Shown one piece after another: positions 25,547 to 34,942 of a stretch of DNA of 64,000 nucleotides; the first letter of the stretch is position 1, and every line of letters begins with the position of its first letter. The notes beneath the pieces were generated by a model. That model searched no databases. It was given only the letters and a program-made list of their open reading frames with translations, and was not told the origin of the DNA. The position numbers and the translations under genes are program-made. This stretch comes from Ruminococcaceae bacterium UBA7101 (GTDB lineage: Bacteria; Bacillota; Clostridia; Oscillospirales; Acutalibacteraceae): contig DKYL01000004.1 of the NCBI GenBank assembly GCA_002493325.1, forward strand, positions 4,940-68,939, given 5' to 3'.

Positions 25547-27729
25547 TTATTTCTCCTTCCTGCCAAATGCTTTTTTTCCTTAGCCTTTTGGGTTTCTTCC
25601 TCTTCACGGGCTTTGATGATTTCACATGCCTTGTCATAATTAGCTTCTGCCCATTTGAAAACCTCTTCCCTGTTTTCAAAGCTGTGCACAAGCTTCTTCG
25701 CAGCGACATAAGGTGCTATTGTCTTATAATAAAGGTCAAGCTCCTTTTCAGCCTCTTTGATTGCTTTATTTCTGCGTTTATTTTCAGCATTGCTGCTGTC
25801 AGGCATTGCATAAGCTTCTTTGACCTTATTTTCATCAGGCTTTACAAGTCCGCCCGGATAATTCTTTTTTATCAGCTTTGATGATTTAACAATAGCCTTT
25901 GCCTGCTGAATATCATATTTTCTGATTTCTCGCTGTTCTTTTGTGCTTCTTGGCAGGTTTTTAGCATCTGCAACAATACTGTCACGGACAGACACAAGTA
26001 CATTAACATCATTTTCAATTAATTCACGTGCCTTTTCAACCTTGTGCTGCCATAAAGGCGTATCAAATTTATTGAGCTCCTCCATAAAAATGCCGACCTC
26101 AGCTTTATCACCGGCAAAAGCCTTTGCTGCTTTATAAGCTCTGCGAGCCTCGTCCTTTGCTTCACTCTTAGGTGCAGCCTTGATTTCAGCCTTTAATGCC
26201 TTTAAATCGGGAACAGCACTTTCATTCAGCTCAAGACCTGTTCTGACTGCCTCAACGCCGTCTTTGATAATGTCTGCATTGAAATCGCCTGTTTCAAAAT
26301 CGTCAAAAAGAGCTCTGTATCTGAGAACACGTATAATGTTCTGATGCTTTTCCTTTGACATACTGTAAAAACAGAACGGAATCAGATTAAGCACAGCACC
26401 CACAATAGCAAGAACACAAAGCATAAAGAATAATGAATTTCTTACATTAGGGTCATATAGGATATCATAATTAGTAGTTAATCCGAAATATTCATAAACA
26501 TATGGAATTACATAACCCGACAGAAGTGTAATCGGCATAGTTACCATGCCTGCAAGACCGAACACAAAATCCATTCTGTAACCGCAGATATACTGCTGAT
26601 AGTCCTTAACCTCAGAATGCATTACCTGATTATAAACAAGACTGAGTGCATTGACAAGATTGTTCATATACATAATGATAAACATAAGCATAGGAACTTT
26701 AAAGGTGAACATCAGTATAATAAGAAATACAATATTAAGCAGATTATGATAAATAAGCAGTTTTTTATTGCCCAACTTTTTCAACAAAAACGGCGTGATT
26801 GCCATTGCAATACCGCTGGCAGTACCCATTATCGTATTCAGTATACCATAGGCAGTCATATCCTGCACACCGTAAATATAAATCCAACTGAAAAATACAC
26901 CTGTTGCACCTTCAAGAAAACCGATAAGACCTGCTATCTGCCTTATCCACCAATGTTTATTTTTCAATATCATAATAGAGCCTTCAATTATACTGACCTT
27001 TTGAACATAGGTTGAAGAGGTTACTACTCTTTCCTTACAGCCAATAGCCGTAAAAAAGTTCAGTCCTAAACCAAAAAGTGAAATCGGTGCCAACACATAA
27101 CGGTATGTATTAATATTTGTATATCCGCCTGTTAAATTAGATAAAATCGGAATAAAGAGCCCTGTAACTGTCGGAGCAAAACTATAAATAATAGAATTAA
27201 TAGAGAGTACCTTTGCTCGTTCCTCACTATTTGGTGTTATAACCGTTTGCAGCTCTGAATACGTGTCTGTGAAAAGCGGTTGAACCATACTTATTGTAAT
27301 AGCAAAAAGAAATACACTAATCAGCTTTTCATTATAAGACATTGTCTGAAACGGCAGAAACACAAAAACAACTGCCATAACCGCAAGCGGTATGCCTGCA
27401 AAAGCAATATACGGTCTGAAGCGTCCCCACTTTGTACGTGTATTATCAACAATATGTGCCCTCACAAAAAAGAACAGCACATTCAGAATGGTCTGAACAG
27501 TCAGCATATACTGCAGATGCAGCGGTCTTATACCGATAGTTGATCCAAGCAGAGTATTGCCTGCACTGAGACCCATCTGCCATACAAGCTGCATTGTAAG
27601 CTGATTGCCCATACCACCTATACTTAAATTAATAAGTTCTTTATACGATACGAAATTCCCTTCAGCAGGGTGTTTCCAGTGGGAGGTTACATCCTTAAAA
27701 ACACCGCTGACAAGCTTTACTACATTCAT
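25543..27729 (-). CDS. GPH-family MFS transporter with a long C-terminal helical extension
   Basis: IVDNTRTKWGRFRPY, ITPNSEER, DYQQYICGYRMD. ~270 aa charged tail homologous to the tail of 98..2632. Confidence 0.85.
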   Translation of the reverse strand: MNVVKLVSGVFKDVTSHWKHPAEGNFVSYKELINLSIGGMGNQLTMQLVWQMGLSAGNTLLGSTIGIRPLHLQYMLTVQTILNVLFFFVRAHIVDNTRTKWGRFRPYIAFAGIPLAVMAVVFVFLPFQTMSYNEKLISVFLFAITISMVQPLFTDTYSELQTVITPNSEERAKVLSINSIIYSFAPTVTGLFIPILSNLTGGYTNINTYRYVLAPISLFGLGLNFFTAIGCKERVVTSSTYVQKVSIIEGSIMILKNKHWWIRQIAGLIGFLEGATGVFFSWIYIYGVQDMTAYGILNTIMGTASGIAMAITPFLLKKLGNKKLLIYHNLLNIVFLIILMFTFKVPMLMFIIMYMNNLVNALSLVYNQVMHSEVKDYQQYICGYRMDFVFGLAGMVTMPITLLSGYVIPYVYEYFGLTTNYDILYDPNVRNSLFFMLCVLAIVGAVLNLIPFCFYSMSKEKHQNIIRVLRYRALFDDFETGDFNADIIKDGVEAVRTGLELNESAVPDLKALKAEIKAAPKSEAKDEARRAYKAAKAFAGDKAEVGIFMEELNKFDTPLWQHKVEKARELIENDVNVLVSVRDSIVADAKNLPRSTKEQREIRKYDIQQAKAIVKSSKLIKKNYPGGLVKPDENKVKEAYAMPDSSNAENKRRNKAIKEAEKELDLYYKTIAPYVAAKKLVHSFENREEVFKWAEANYDKACEIIKAREEEETQKAKEKKHLAGRRNK

Positions 27730-27745
27730 TATGATTTCCCCTCAT

Positions 27746-29389
27746 TCAATCATTTCTTTTTATTCTTCCGTTTTCAACATTAAAGCACAGGGTATGCCTT
27801 TGTCCTTTATCCTCATAAACGATAGTTAAATCACGTTTCTTGGTCATTTCTGCGGAGATAAATGTTTCTTTATTCTTATCAACAGCAGCAAGAAATGCAT
27901 TTATTTTACTGTCATTATACCTGTCAACATTATCTGAGGTAAAAAGAAGATTGCCGAAAATATGATTGATTTTTGCTATCAGCTTTCTTTTTTTATAGCT
28001 CATAAACATATTGTTATCCCTGAGCAGGAACACATCGGGATCATTGAGAAATGCTCTGCCGTCGAGATGACGTCTGAACACTGTGTTATAAATTGCATTC
28101 GGAGTTGAAACATCCTCTCTTGTGGTATAAGGATTTCTTCTCCAGTCAAGACCCATATCCGCACCGATTCTGCAGAAATCCACCTTGCCGAAGGCAGGCG
28201 CCATAGGCACACCGCAGCCGAGAATAAGCTTGTCACCCACACATTCACGGATAAAATCCATTGCATCACACATAATCTGACCGCGGGTTTTATTATGAAT
28301 GGGCTTTGTACAGCAGGCATAGAGGAAATCTAGCTTAACCATATCATATCCCCATTCATTCAGCACTACGTCAAAGAAATGCTTAATATATTCACGAGCA
28401 CCCTTATCATATATATCAAGTGCATAAAAGCCGCCCCAGTTATGACCTACACAAAGAGGCTGACCGCAATCATCCTTAACAAGCCAATCATTATGCTCTT
28501 TGAAGACCTTTGAATTCGGTGTAACTGCAAAGGGAGCAAGCCACAAGCCTGCCTTCATTCCCTTTTCGTGAACGGCATCTGCACACGCCTTCATACCTGA
28601 AGGGAATTTTTTATTGACAATAAGCCAGTCGCCGATTGCACTCTGATAGCCGTCGTCAATCTGGAAAATATCAACCCTTTCAGGGAGATTAACAAGCGAC
28701 TGCAAATCACGCTTTACGATTTTTTCTGTAACATTTCCGTAGTAATTATACCAAGTGGTATAGCCGCTGTGGAGCTTTTTCTCAATCGGCGGAATCTGCA
28801 TATATTCAAAATATCTGTCAAATGCAGCGTTGTATTCGTCCTTAATCCAAGCCAAATCAAGAAGCTCGGCAGGCTCACTGAATTTAACACCCTCCAAATC
28901 CTTTTTAACAGTTACTGTATTTTTGTTGGTGTCAAAGAAAATGACTGTATATCCGCTTCTTTCACTGACTGAGCCGATTAAATCAATATTGATTCCGTTT
29001 CTGATATAGGAATAGGAATAGCCGTGGAAGGTTCCTTTCTCGGTTTCAGCAGGCACAAAATGCATATCGCTGCCTCTGCTTGCAGGTGAATTCAATATCT
29101 TTTTTCTCACAAGCTTGTTTACAACCGTCATCATTTCGTCAGGATGATACTCTCTGCTGTCAGTCCAGGACTGATAGCCGTTAACAAAAATTCTGTTGTA
29201 TTTTATGTAATCATAATCAAAGGTCAGTGAAAATGAGCTGATTTCCATTTCTGCCTTAGGGAACAGCCTGAGCTTTAAACGGTCATCTGTTTCCTCTGCC
29301 TTGATTTCATAATCGTCATTGCAAAGCAGACTGCTTGATTTCTGCATAGCATGAATGCGGTAAGTCATTGATAAAAAGTAAGGTTTCAT
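27746..29389 (-). CDS. Alpha-galactosidase (GH36-type)
   Basis: NGYQSW, GYTTWYNYY, FQIDDGYQ, GLWLAPF, VKLDFLY, CRIGAD, NDPDV. RBS GGGAGG before MKPY. Confidence 0.88.
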   Translation of the reverse strand: MKPYFLSMTYRIHAMQKSSSLLCNDDYEIKAEETDDRLKLRLFPKAEMEISSFSLTFDYDYIKYNRIFVNGYQSWTDSREYHPDEMMTVVNKLVRKKILNSPASRGSDMHFVPAETEKGTFHGYSYSYIRNGINIDLIGSVSERSGYTVIFFDTNKNTVTVKKDLEGVKFSEPAELLDLAWIKDEYNAAFDRYFEYMQIPPIEKKLHSGYTTWYNYYGNVTEKIVKRDLQSLVNLPERVDIFQIDDGYQSAIGDWLIVNKKFPSGMKACADAVHEKGMKAGLWLAPFAVTPNSKVFKEHNDWLVKDDCGQPLCVGHNWGGFYALDIYDKGAREYIKHFFDVVLNEWGYDMVKLDFLYACCTKPIHNKTRGQIMCDAMDFIRECVGDKLILGCGVPMAPAFGKVDFCRIGADMGLDWRRNPYTTREDVSTPNAIYNTVFRRHLDGRAFLNDPDVFLLRDNNMFMSYKKRKLIAKINHIFGNLLFTSDNVDRYNDSKINAFLAAVDKNKETFISAEMTKKRDLTIVYEDKGQRHTLCFNVENGRIKRND

Positions 29390-29413
29390 AAATTTTCCTC
29401 CCAAAACAATAAA

Positions 29414-30421
29414 TTATTTGCACTGATAGTTCAGATATTCGTCAGTAATATCTATCTCTTTATTAATTGCAAGCCAGGTTGATCTTTCAAATACGCTCTG
29501 TCCGCCGTGGCTGGTATTTGTTCCGCCGTGGTCTGTGGATATAATAATCAGCCAGTCCTCCTCAGCATAGGTTGAGCGTGACTCAATTGCTTTTACAATA
29601 TCATAGCCATAAGCATCGTCATTTTTGCAGCCTTCAATATAATTCTCATTCTGATTGCCAAAGCCTGTATCGTGACCGGCATGGTCAGCATATTCAAGAG
29701 TAAAGAAAATAACATCGGGGTCCTCTGCTTCTGATTTCTCAACACCTGCCGGCTTTGAAACATATTTTAAAATCTGATAATACGTTGCTGTATCATCAAT
29801 CTGGTGTGTATATTCAACAGGAAGTCCCTCTGTTATGGACTGAACAATATCAGGACGGTAGCTAAGCTCGGTATGCTCGCGCCAGGAGGTAGTAAAAGAG
29901 CCGCTGTAGCCCGCCTTTGCAAGAGATGTTAAAAATGTGTCAGCATCTTCATTTTTCATCTGGCTGTTATCACTGATTCCGTTATAGGCTCCCCAGCCGC
30001 CTGTAAGCATAGCCATCCAGCTTGGCGCCGTTGAGGTTGCCTGCTCATTAACGCCTGCAATTCCGCCTGAAAATGTATGATAAAGTCCGCCCTGGTTTTT
30101 AATATACATTATTGCGCTTTCTTCGTTATCCTTAACATTTTCAAGTCCGTCATCCCTGAAGCCGTCATAGCCGATAAAAATTGCTTTTTTAACCTTTTTG
30201 CCCTCAGCAAGCGGTGAGGCAAAATGGTCTGTTATAAGCTTATGTATAACTGTCTGCGGCATTGCTTTATCAGCAGTGCTGTCAAAAATATTCATATCCT
30301 CCATTTCCTGAATATAGGTTTTGTCATCCCTTGCCTCTTTGTTTGTGGAAGAACAGGACGCGAGGACTGTTGAAGTCAGCAGTAAAATAGTTGCCAAAAC
30401 AATTGCAATTCTTTTTTTCAT
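29414..30421 (-). CDS. Alkaline phosphatase superfamily (NPP/phosphodiesterase-like) lipoprotein
   Basis: Lipobox LASC. IFIGYDGFR, TSTAPSW..MLTG, DHAGHDTGF, WLIIISTDHGG..HGG. Confidence 0.85.
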   Translation of the reverse strand: MKKRIAIVLATILLLTSTVLASCSSTNKEARDDKTYIQEMEDMNIFDSTADKAMPQTVIHKLITDHFASPLAEGKKVKKAIFIGYDGFRDDGLENVKDNEESAIMYIKNQGGLYHTFSGGIAGVNEQATSTAPSWMAMLTGGWGAYNGISDNSQMKNEDADTFLTSLAKAGYSGSFTTSWREHTELSYRPDIVQSITEGLPVEYTHQIDDTATYYQILKYVSKPAGVEKSEAEDPDVIFFTLEYADHAGHDTGFGNQNENYIEGCKNDDAYGYDIVKAIESRSTYAEEDWLIIISTDHGGTNTSHGGQSVFERSTWLAINKEIDITDEYLNYQCK

Positions 30422-30587
30422 AATACTCTCTCCTTAAAATCATTCTTTATTAATTATATATCAAATCAAATATATATTAAATTCAAAATACAGAATAAAG
30501 AATACAAAAATCGGAAATTAATTTCAAGCAATGACATATATTGCAAACAGCAATACTATAATACAGCAAAAAATTAAATTTTATTTA

Positions 30588-30629
30588 TGTGACTAAGTCA
30601 CTGTAAAAATGAATTTTTATGTGTATAAT
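30588..30629 (+). promoter_or_regulatory. Promoter of the FTR-trxA operon with an upstream palindrome
   Basis: GTGACT-A-AGTCAC (30589-30601) next to a weak -35 CTGTAA, 17 bp spacer, TATAAT (30624-30629). Confidence 0.5.
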
Positions 30630-30664
30630 GAAGCTGTAAACAAAACACAAGGGGGTAAAAAACA

Positions 30665-30865
30665 GTGAAAATAACTTTAAACACAAACAAGGAAGTTGTG
30701 GCTGCAGTTAAAGAGGGATTGAAGCGCACAGGCGGCTACTGTCCCTGCAGAACAGAAAGAACAGAGGATAACAAATGTATGTGCAAGGAATTCAAATCAC
30801 AGATTGAAGACCCTGATTTTGAAGGCTATTGCCACTGTATGCTATACTACAAATCTAAAAATTAA
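30665..30865 (+). CDS. Ferredoxin-thioredoxin reductase catalytic (beta) subunit-like protein
   Basis: GYCPCR...CMCKEF...GYCHCMLY (CPC/CxC/CHC pattern). Directly upstream of thioredoxin. Confidence 0.88.
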   Translation: MKITLNTNKEVVAAVKEGLKRTGGYCPCRTERTEDNKCMCKEFKSQIEDPDFEGYCHCMLYYKSKN

Positions 30866-30877
30866 GGAGATATAAAA

Positions 30878-31198
30878 ATGGCTGAATTAAAAATCACTAA
30901 AAATAATTTTGAAAATGAGGTAATAAAATCAACAGTGCCCGTGTTGCTTGACTTCTGGGCAACCTGGTGCGGACCCTGCCGTATGCTTTCACCGATTGTT
31001 GAAGAAATTGCAGAAGAATATGACGGAAAAGCCAAGGTAGGAAAAGTTAATGTAGATGACGAACAGGAGCTTGCTGCTGCCTTCGGCATTGCAAGTATAC
31101 CGACAGTTGTTGTTATTAAGGACGGAAAGGTTGCCGACAGCTCCATAGGCTATGTACCAAAAGAAAAGCTTGAGGAAATGCTTAAGGCAGTTTTATAA
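30878..31198 (+). CDS. trxA: Thioredoxin
   Basis: LLDFWATWCGPC, KVNVD, SIPT. RBS AAGGAGA. Confidence 0.96.
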   Translation: MAELKITKNNFENEVIKSTVPVLLDFWATWCGPCRMLSPIVEEIAEEYDGKAKVGKVNVDDEQELAAAFGIASIPTVVVIKDGKVADSSIGYVPKEKLEEMLKAVL

Positions 31199-31243
31199 AA
31201 AAAAGCCGGTCAAAAAGCGAATTGCTTTTGACCGGCTTTTTTT
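31199..31243. terminator. Bidirectional terminator
   Basis: A-run AAGCCGGTCAAAA..TTTTGACCGGCTT T-run. Confidence 0.85.
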
Positions 31244-31246
31244 ATG

Positions 31247-33442
31247 CTACTCTACGTGAATATCATATATCTTGCCTTTTACGGAATTGGTTTTTGAACC
31301 GATTCGCTGATAAGGAATACTGAAAGAAGAATTTTTAATACTGTCCGTACGCACTGTTCCGTTATGAGAAAAGCTGCCCTTTGCCTTTTTCCGTGTAAAA
31401 AATCCTGCTTTCAGCACTGTACGAAGGGGCTTTGTATCAAAAACTATTGTAATTTTTCTGTCAGGCACAAGAGTATAATCAAACTCATAATCATAACCTT
31501 CGGCTGTAAAACCGAGCTTTCCGTTCTTTGTAATTCTTACGTCATATGTTCCGTATGGTGCGTCAGCCTCCATAATAATCTGTTCGGGGACAACCTCATC
31601 CAGACTGAGCGTGATACTGAGCTTTGAGCCTGTTTCAAGATTTCTGCAGCCTGTGTTAACAAAGCTGCTGCCGCCTTTGAGCACTAAATTCTTCAATGGC
31701 TTGATATTCGGTCTTTCCTGCTTCATCAGACTGTCAATCGTATCTGATGCTTTGTCAACCTGTGCAGAGCTATGCTTGTCAGTGCAGGAGCCCCATGTTT
31801 TCTCTGCCATAAATGCGGCACTGTCATCAAATCTATCATACAAATCCTGCTCATTAATGCCCTTTGAACGCTTGTCAATATTATCCTGCCATATCGCATA
31901 GCAGGCACCTAAAAGCTGCTTATTACCTGCAGGCAGGTCAATATATTTTCCTTTATCCTTCAATCTTACCCTGTTAGGCTCAAACTGTTTAAAGGCTCTG
32001 CGTTTATTAATAAAATCCATATACGGTGCACGGATTTTTGTACCGTTCGGCACCATATAAAGCTGATGATCAATTGTATTGATAAGATTATATCCCATAT
32101 CATACATCTCTCTGCCGTCAGCCCAGGTATTTGACCACAGGTTCATCTGAACATCCTTAACCGCCTCCTCAGCAATAGCTGTTGCAGGCTCATCCTTTAT
32201 CCAGGTAAGACTGCCCCAAAGACGGACCGTATTTGTCTTTTTGATATGAGGTACAATTTCATTAATAAATCTGCGGTATGCACCATAATCCGTTAAAAAT
32301 TCATCAGCACCTATATGTACTGTTGTGCCCTTTGGAAATACAGGATCATCGCCAAGGGTATATTCATCAAAAATACTTTTGACAAACTCCATTGCCTCGG
32401 GACGTGAAATATCAATATGGTCGGTAAGAGGTCTTTTTTTCATCAGCGGTGAAACCTTGCCTTTAACCGCATATTCAGGAAAGACCGTGGTGAAAGCAAG
32501 AGCGTGTGCAGGCATATCTATTTCAGGTGTAATGCGTACGCCCTTATCTGCCGACTCCTTCATAAAGCGGTTGAACTCAGTCTTGGTATAGCTGTAATCC
32601 TTTGCTGTCGGTGTTTCTCCCTTTTTGTTCTTCAGCGAGCTTTCAAGTCTGAAGGCACTGTATGCATCAAAGGTGCTTTCATCACCCCTGTCTGCATAAT
32701 CCTCAAGCCATATGTAATTATCGCCAAGGTGAATCTGAAAATCATTCATTTTGTACCAAGCCATACGCTCAACAATTTTTTCAAGCATTTCAAGTGATAC
32801 AGGTCGTCTGCCCACATCAAGCATAAAGCCCCTGACACTGTAACGGGGATAATCACGCATTATGCCCTTAGGGAACCCACCCTGAACCATAAGCTGGCAG
32901 ACCGTTTTGCCTGCCCATACCGCACCGAGTTCAGTACTGCAGCCGATTTTAATACTGTCATCACAGGTTATTTCATAGCCTTCTTCCCCGAGATAAAACA
33001 GACCGCTGTCAAAAGAAAAGCGGACATCACCATTATCAGCATATTTAAGTTTCTTTCCCGTCACCTTAAAATATTCGTCTGAAAAAGCATCGGCTGTGCT
33101 TCTCAGCCTCTCATCACAGGAATAGGTATTGATTTTGCTGAGGCTTCCGCCTTTGGAATACCACTGTGCAGGCTCAGGAATAATATTGGGCTTTTTGCTT
33201 TGCACGCCATAAACGCCAGGTATCATTATTTTACAGTCCCTTTCAACTGTTTCACTGCCCTTATGACATTTAAACGAAAGAACTGCTGTCATATCACAAA
33301 GGGGAGTATGTACAAACAGATTATCGTCAACAAGCTGAACATAATCAGCCCCCATAAATTCAGCACTCCAGCCCTCGGACACACTGTATTCCACTTTGCC
33401 GTTATTCATAGTAAGCTTGATTTCAGGTAAATTATTTTTCAT
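31247..33442 (-). CDS. Beta-N-acetylhexosaminidase (GH20)
   Basis: DYPRYSVRGFMLDVGR, YKMNDFQIH, PEIDMPAH, catalytic HIGADE. No signal peptide. Confidence 0.92.
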   Translation of the reverse strand: MKNNLPEIKLTMNNGKVEYSVSEGWSAEFMGADYVQLVDDNLFVHTPLCDMTAVLSFKCHKGSETVERDCKIMIPGVYGVQSKKPNIIPEPAQWYSKGGSLSKINTYSCDERLRSTADAFSDEYFKVTGKKLKYADNGDVRFSFDSGLFYLGEEGYEITCDDSIKIGCSTELGAVWAGKTVCQLMVQGGFPKGIMRDYPRYSVRGFMLDVGRRPVSLEMLEKIVERMAWYKMNDFQIHLGDNYIWLEDYADRGDESTFDAYSAFRLESSLKNKKGETPTAKDYSYTKTEFNRFMKESADKGVRITPEIDMPAHALAFTTVFPEYAVKGKVSPLMKKRPLTDHIDISRPEAMEFVKSIFDEYTLGDDPVFPKGTTVHIGADEFLTDYGAYRRFINEIVPHIKKTNTVRLWGSLTWIKDEPATAIAEEAVKDVQMNLWSNTWADGREMYDMGYNLINTIDHQLYMVPNGTKIRAPYMDFINKRRAFKQFEPNRVRLKDKGKYIDLPAGNKQLLGACYAIWQDNIDKRSKGINEQDLYDRFDDSAAFMAEKTWGSCTDKHSSAQVDKASDTIDSLMKQERPNIKPLKNLVLKGGSSFVNTGCRNLETGSKLSITLSLDEVVPEQIIMEADAPYGTYDVRITKNGKLGFTAEGYDYEFDYTLVPDRKITIVFDTKPLRTVLKAGFFTRKKAKGSFSHNGTVRTDSIKNSSFSIPYQRIGSKTNSVKGKIYDIHVE

Positions 33443-33525
33443 AATTCATCCTCCTCTAAAACATAAAAAAACAGACCATATAAAATATACGAACTCAATG
33501 TCATTATAACATAGAATAAAATAAA

Positions 33526-33551
33526 TACAACCGCTAATTTCAGCGGTTGTA
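33526..33551 (-). terminator. Terminator of the ECF/methyltransferase operon
   Basis: TACAACCGCT..AGCGGTTGTA hairpin followed by T-rich sequence on the minus strand. Confidence 0.7.
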
Positions 33552-33554
33552 AAT

Positions 33555-34139
33555 TTATTTCTTTATTCCTGTCACCTGATACATATTATGATCGGAGATT
33601 TTAACAGTAACCTTTAAATACTTACTGAATATTTCAGCAAGCTCATTTTCACTCATCAGCCCTGCTGACACCTTGCTTGCCCTGCCTGAATGGTGACGGT
33701 CAATCATTTCTCTGCTCATTCCGTGAGCCACAGTAACCGTGCCGCCCTGTTTTACCATTTCACTGAGCTTTTTAATCAGCCTGTCAGGGTTTGGAAAATG
33801 CGGGAAAGCGTTATAAACAACAGCACAGTCAAAAGGCTCTGAGCAAGCCATTTCCTCAACATCACCGCAAAGCACGGTTACATTATCCTGTTTGAATTTA
33901 CCCTTTGCAATCTCTGCCATTTTAGGTGAAATATCTATTCCTGTGACCGATTTGACATTTCTGCTTAAATAGTCGGGAAAAAGTACACCTGTACCGCAGG
34001 CAACATCAAGAATCGTTTTATCCTTGTCTACACCGGCATTGTCAAGAATGATATTGATAATATCATCATTGCGTATCATATCTTCATCCCAGTGATTTGC
34101 ATGCGCATCAAAAAAATCAATTATATCCTCTTTATTCAT
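33555..34139 (-). CDS. Class I SAM-dependent methyltransferase
   Basis: ILDVACGTG, GIDISPKM, YNAFPHF, His-rich AHGMSREMIDRHH. Confidence 0.9.
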   Translation of the reverse strand: MNKEDIIDFFDAHANHWDEDMIRNDDIINIILDNAGVDKDKTILDVACGTGVLFPDYLSRNVKSVTGIDISPKMAEIAKGKFKQDNVTVLCGDVEEMACSEPFDCAVVYNAFPHFPNPDRLIKKLSEMVKQGGTVTVAHGMSREMIDRHHSGRASKVSAGLMSENELAEIFSKYLKVTVKISDHNMYQVTGIKK

Positions 34140-34150
34140 AAAATTCTCCT

Positions 34151-34942
34151 TTATAATACGGTAATCTGTAAAACCAAAAGTACTGTACAGACAATAAGCC
34201 CGATTATTTCACCCAAGCCGATATGCAAATGCTTTCTTCCGTTTTGTCTTACATCAACACGACAGCCCCTTGCCTCCATTGCCAGCGAAAGCTCGTCGGC
34301 ACGTCTGAAGGCAGAAACAAAAATCGGCACAACCATCGGAATAACAGCCCCTGCCTTATCCCTGAATTTACGGCTGTCAAACCTTGCACCCCTTGCTGTC
34401 TGTGCCTTTTTTATCATATCCGCCTCTTCAAACAGAGTGGGAATAAACTGCATTGCCACTGACAGAATTAAAGCAATCTGATATACAGGCACTTTGATTA
34501 TTTTCAGCGGTGACAAAATATTTTCTATTGCCCTTGTAATCTCAACAGGCGGTGTTGTCACGTTCAGAACACTGCAAAAAATCATCAGCACCGCAACTCT
34601 TACAACAACCTTGATTCCCTGCATAAGTCCGTCATAGGACGGTGCAAAAATCCAGAATTTAACCCATGCATTTTCACTTTTAAAAAAGCAAAGATTCATT
34701 ATAAAAATAACAGCAAAAAACCACAGCATTCTGTCGATACCGCCGAGAGCCGATTTCATTCCGATTCGTGACAGAAACACAACAGCGGCAGTAAACACAA
34801 TCAGAGCTCCGTAGCCCGCCAAAGTATCAGCCGCCACAACAGAAGCAAAAAGGATAATAAGCAGCAATATCTTTACCGTTGAATCGAGCCTGTGAATAAC
34901 AGAGTCACCCTGCTGATACATTCCTGTGGGGAGATGCTTCAT
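34151..34942 (-). CDS. ecfT: ECF transporter transmembrane component T
   Basis: IHRLD, FIPTL, AQTARG and AMEARG motifs. Confidence 0.93.
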   Translation of the reverse strand: MKHLPTGMYQQGDSVIHRLDSTVKILLLIILFASVVAADTLAGYGALIVFTAAVVFLSRIGMKSALGGIDRMLWFFAVIFIMNLCFFKSENAWVKFWIFAPSYDGLMQGIKVVVRVAVLMIFCSVLNVTTPPVEITRAIENILSPLKIIKVPVYQIALILSVAMQFIPTLFEEADMIKKAQTARGARFDSRKFRDKAGAVIPMVVPIFVSAFRRADELSLAMEARGCRVDVRQNGRKHLHIGLGEIIGLIVCTVLLVLQITVL

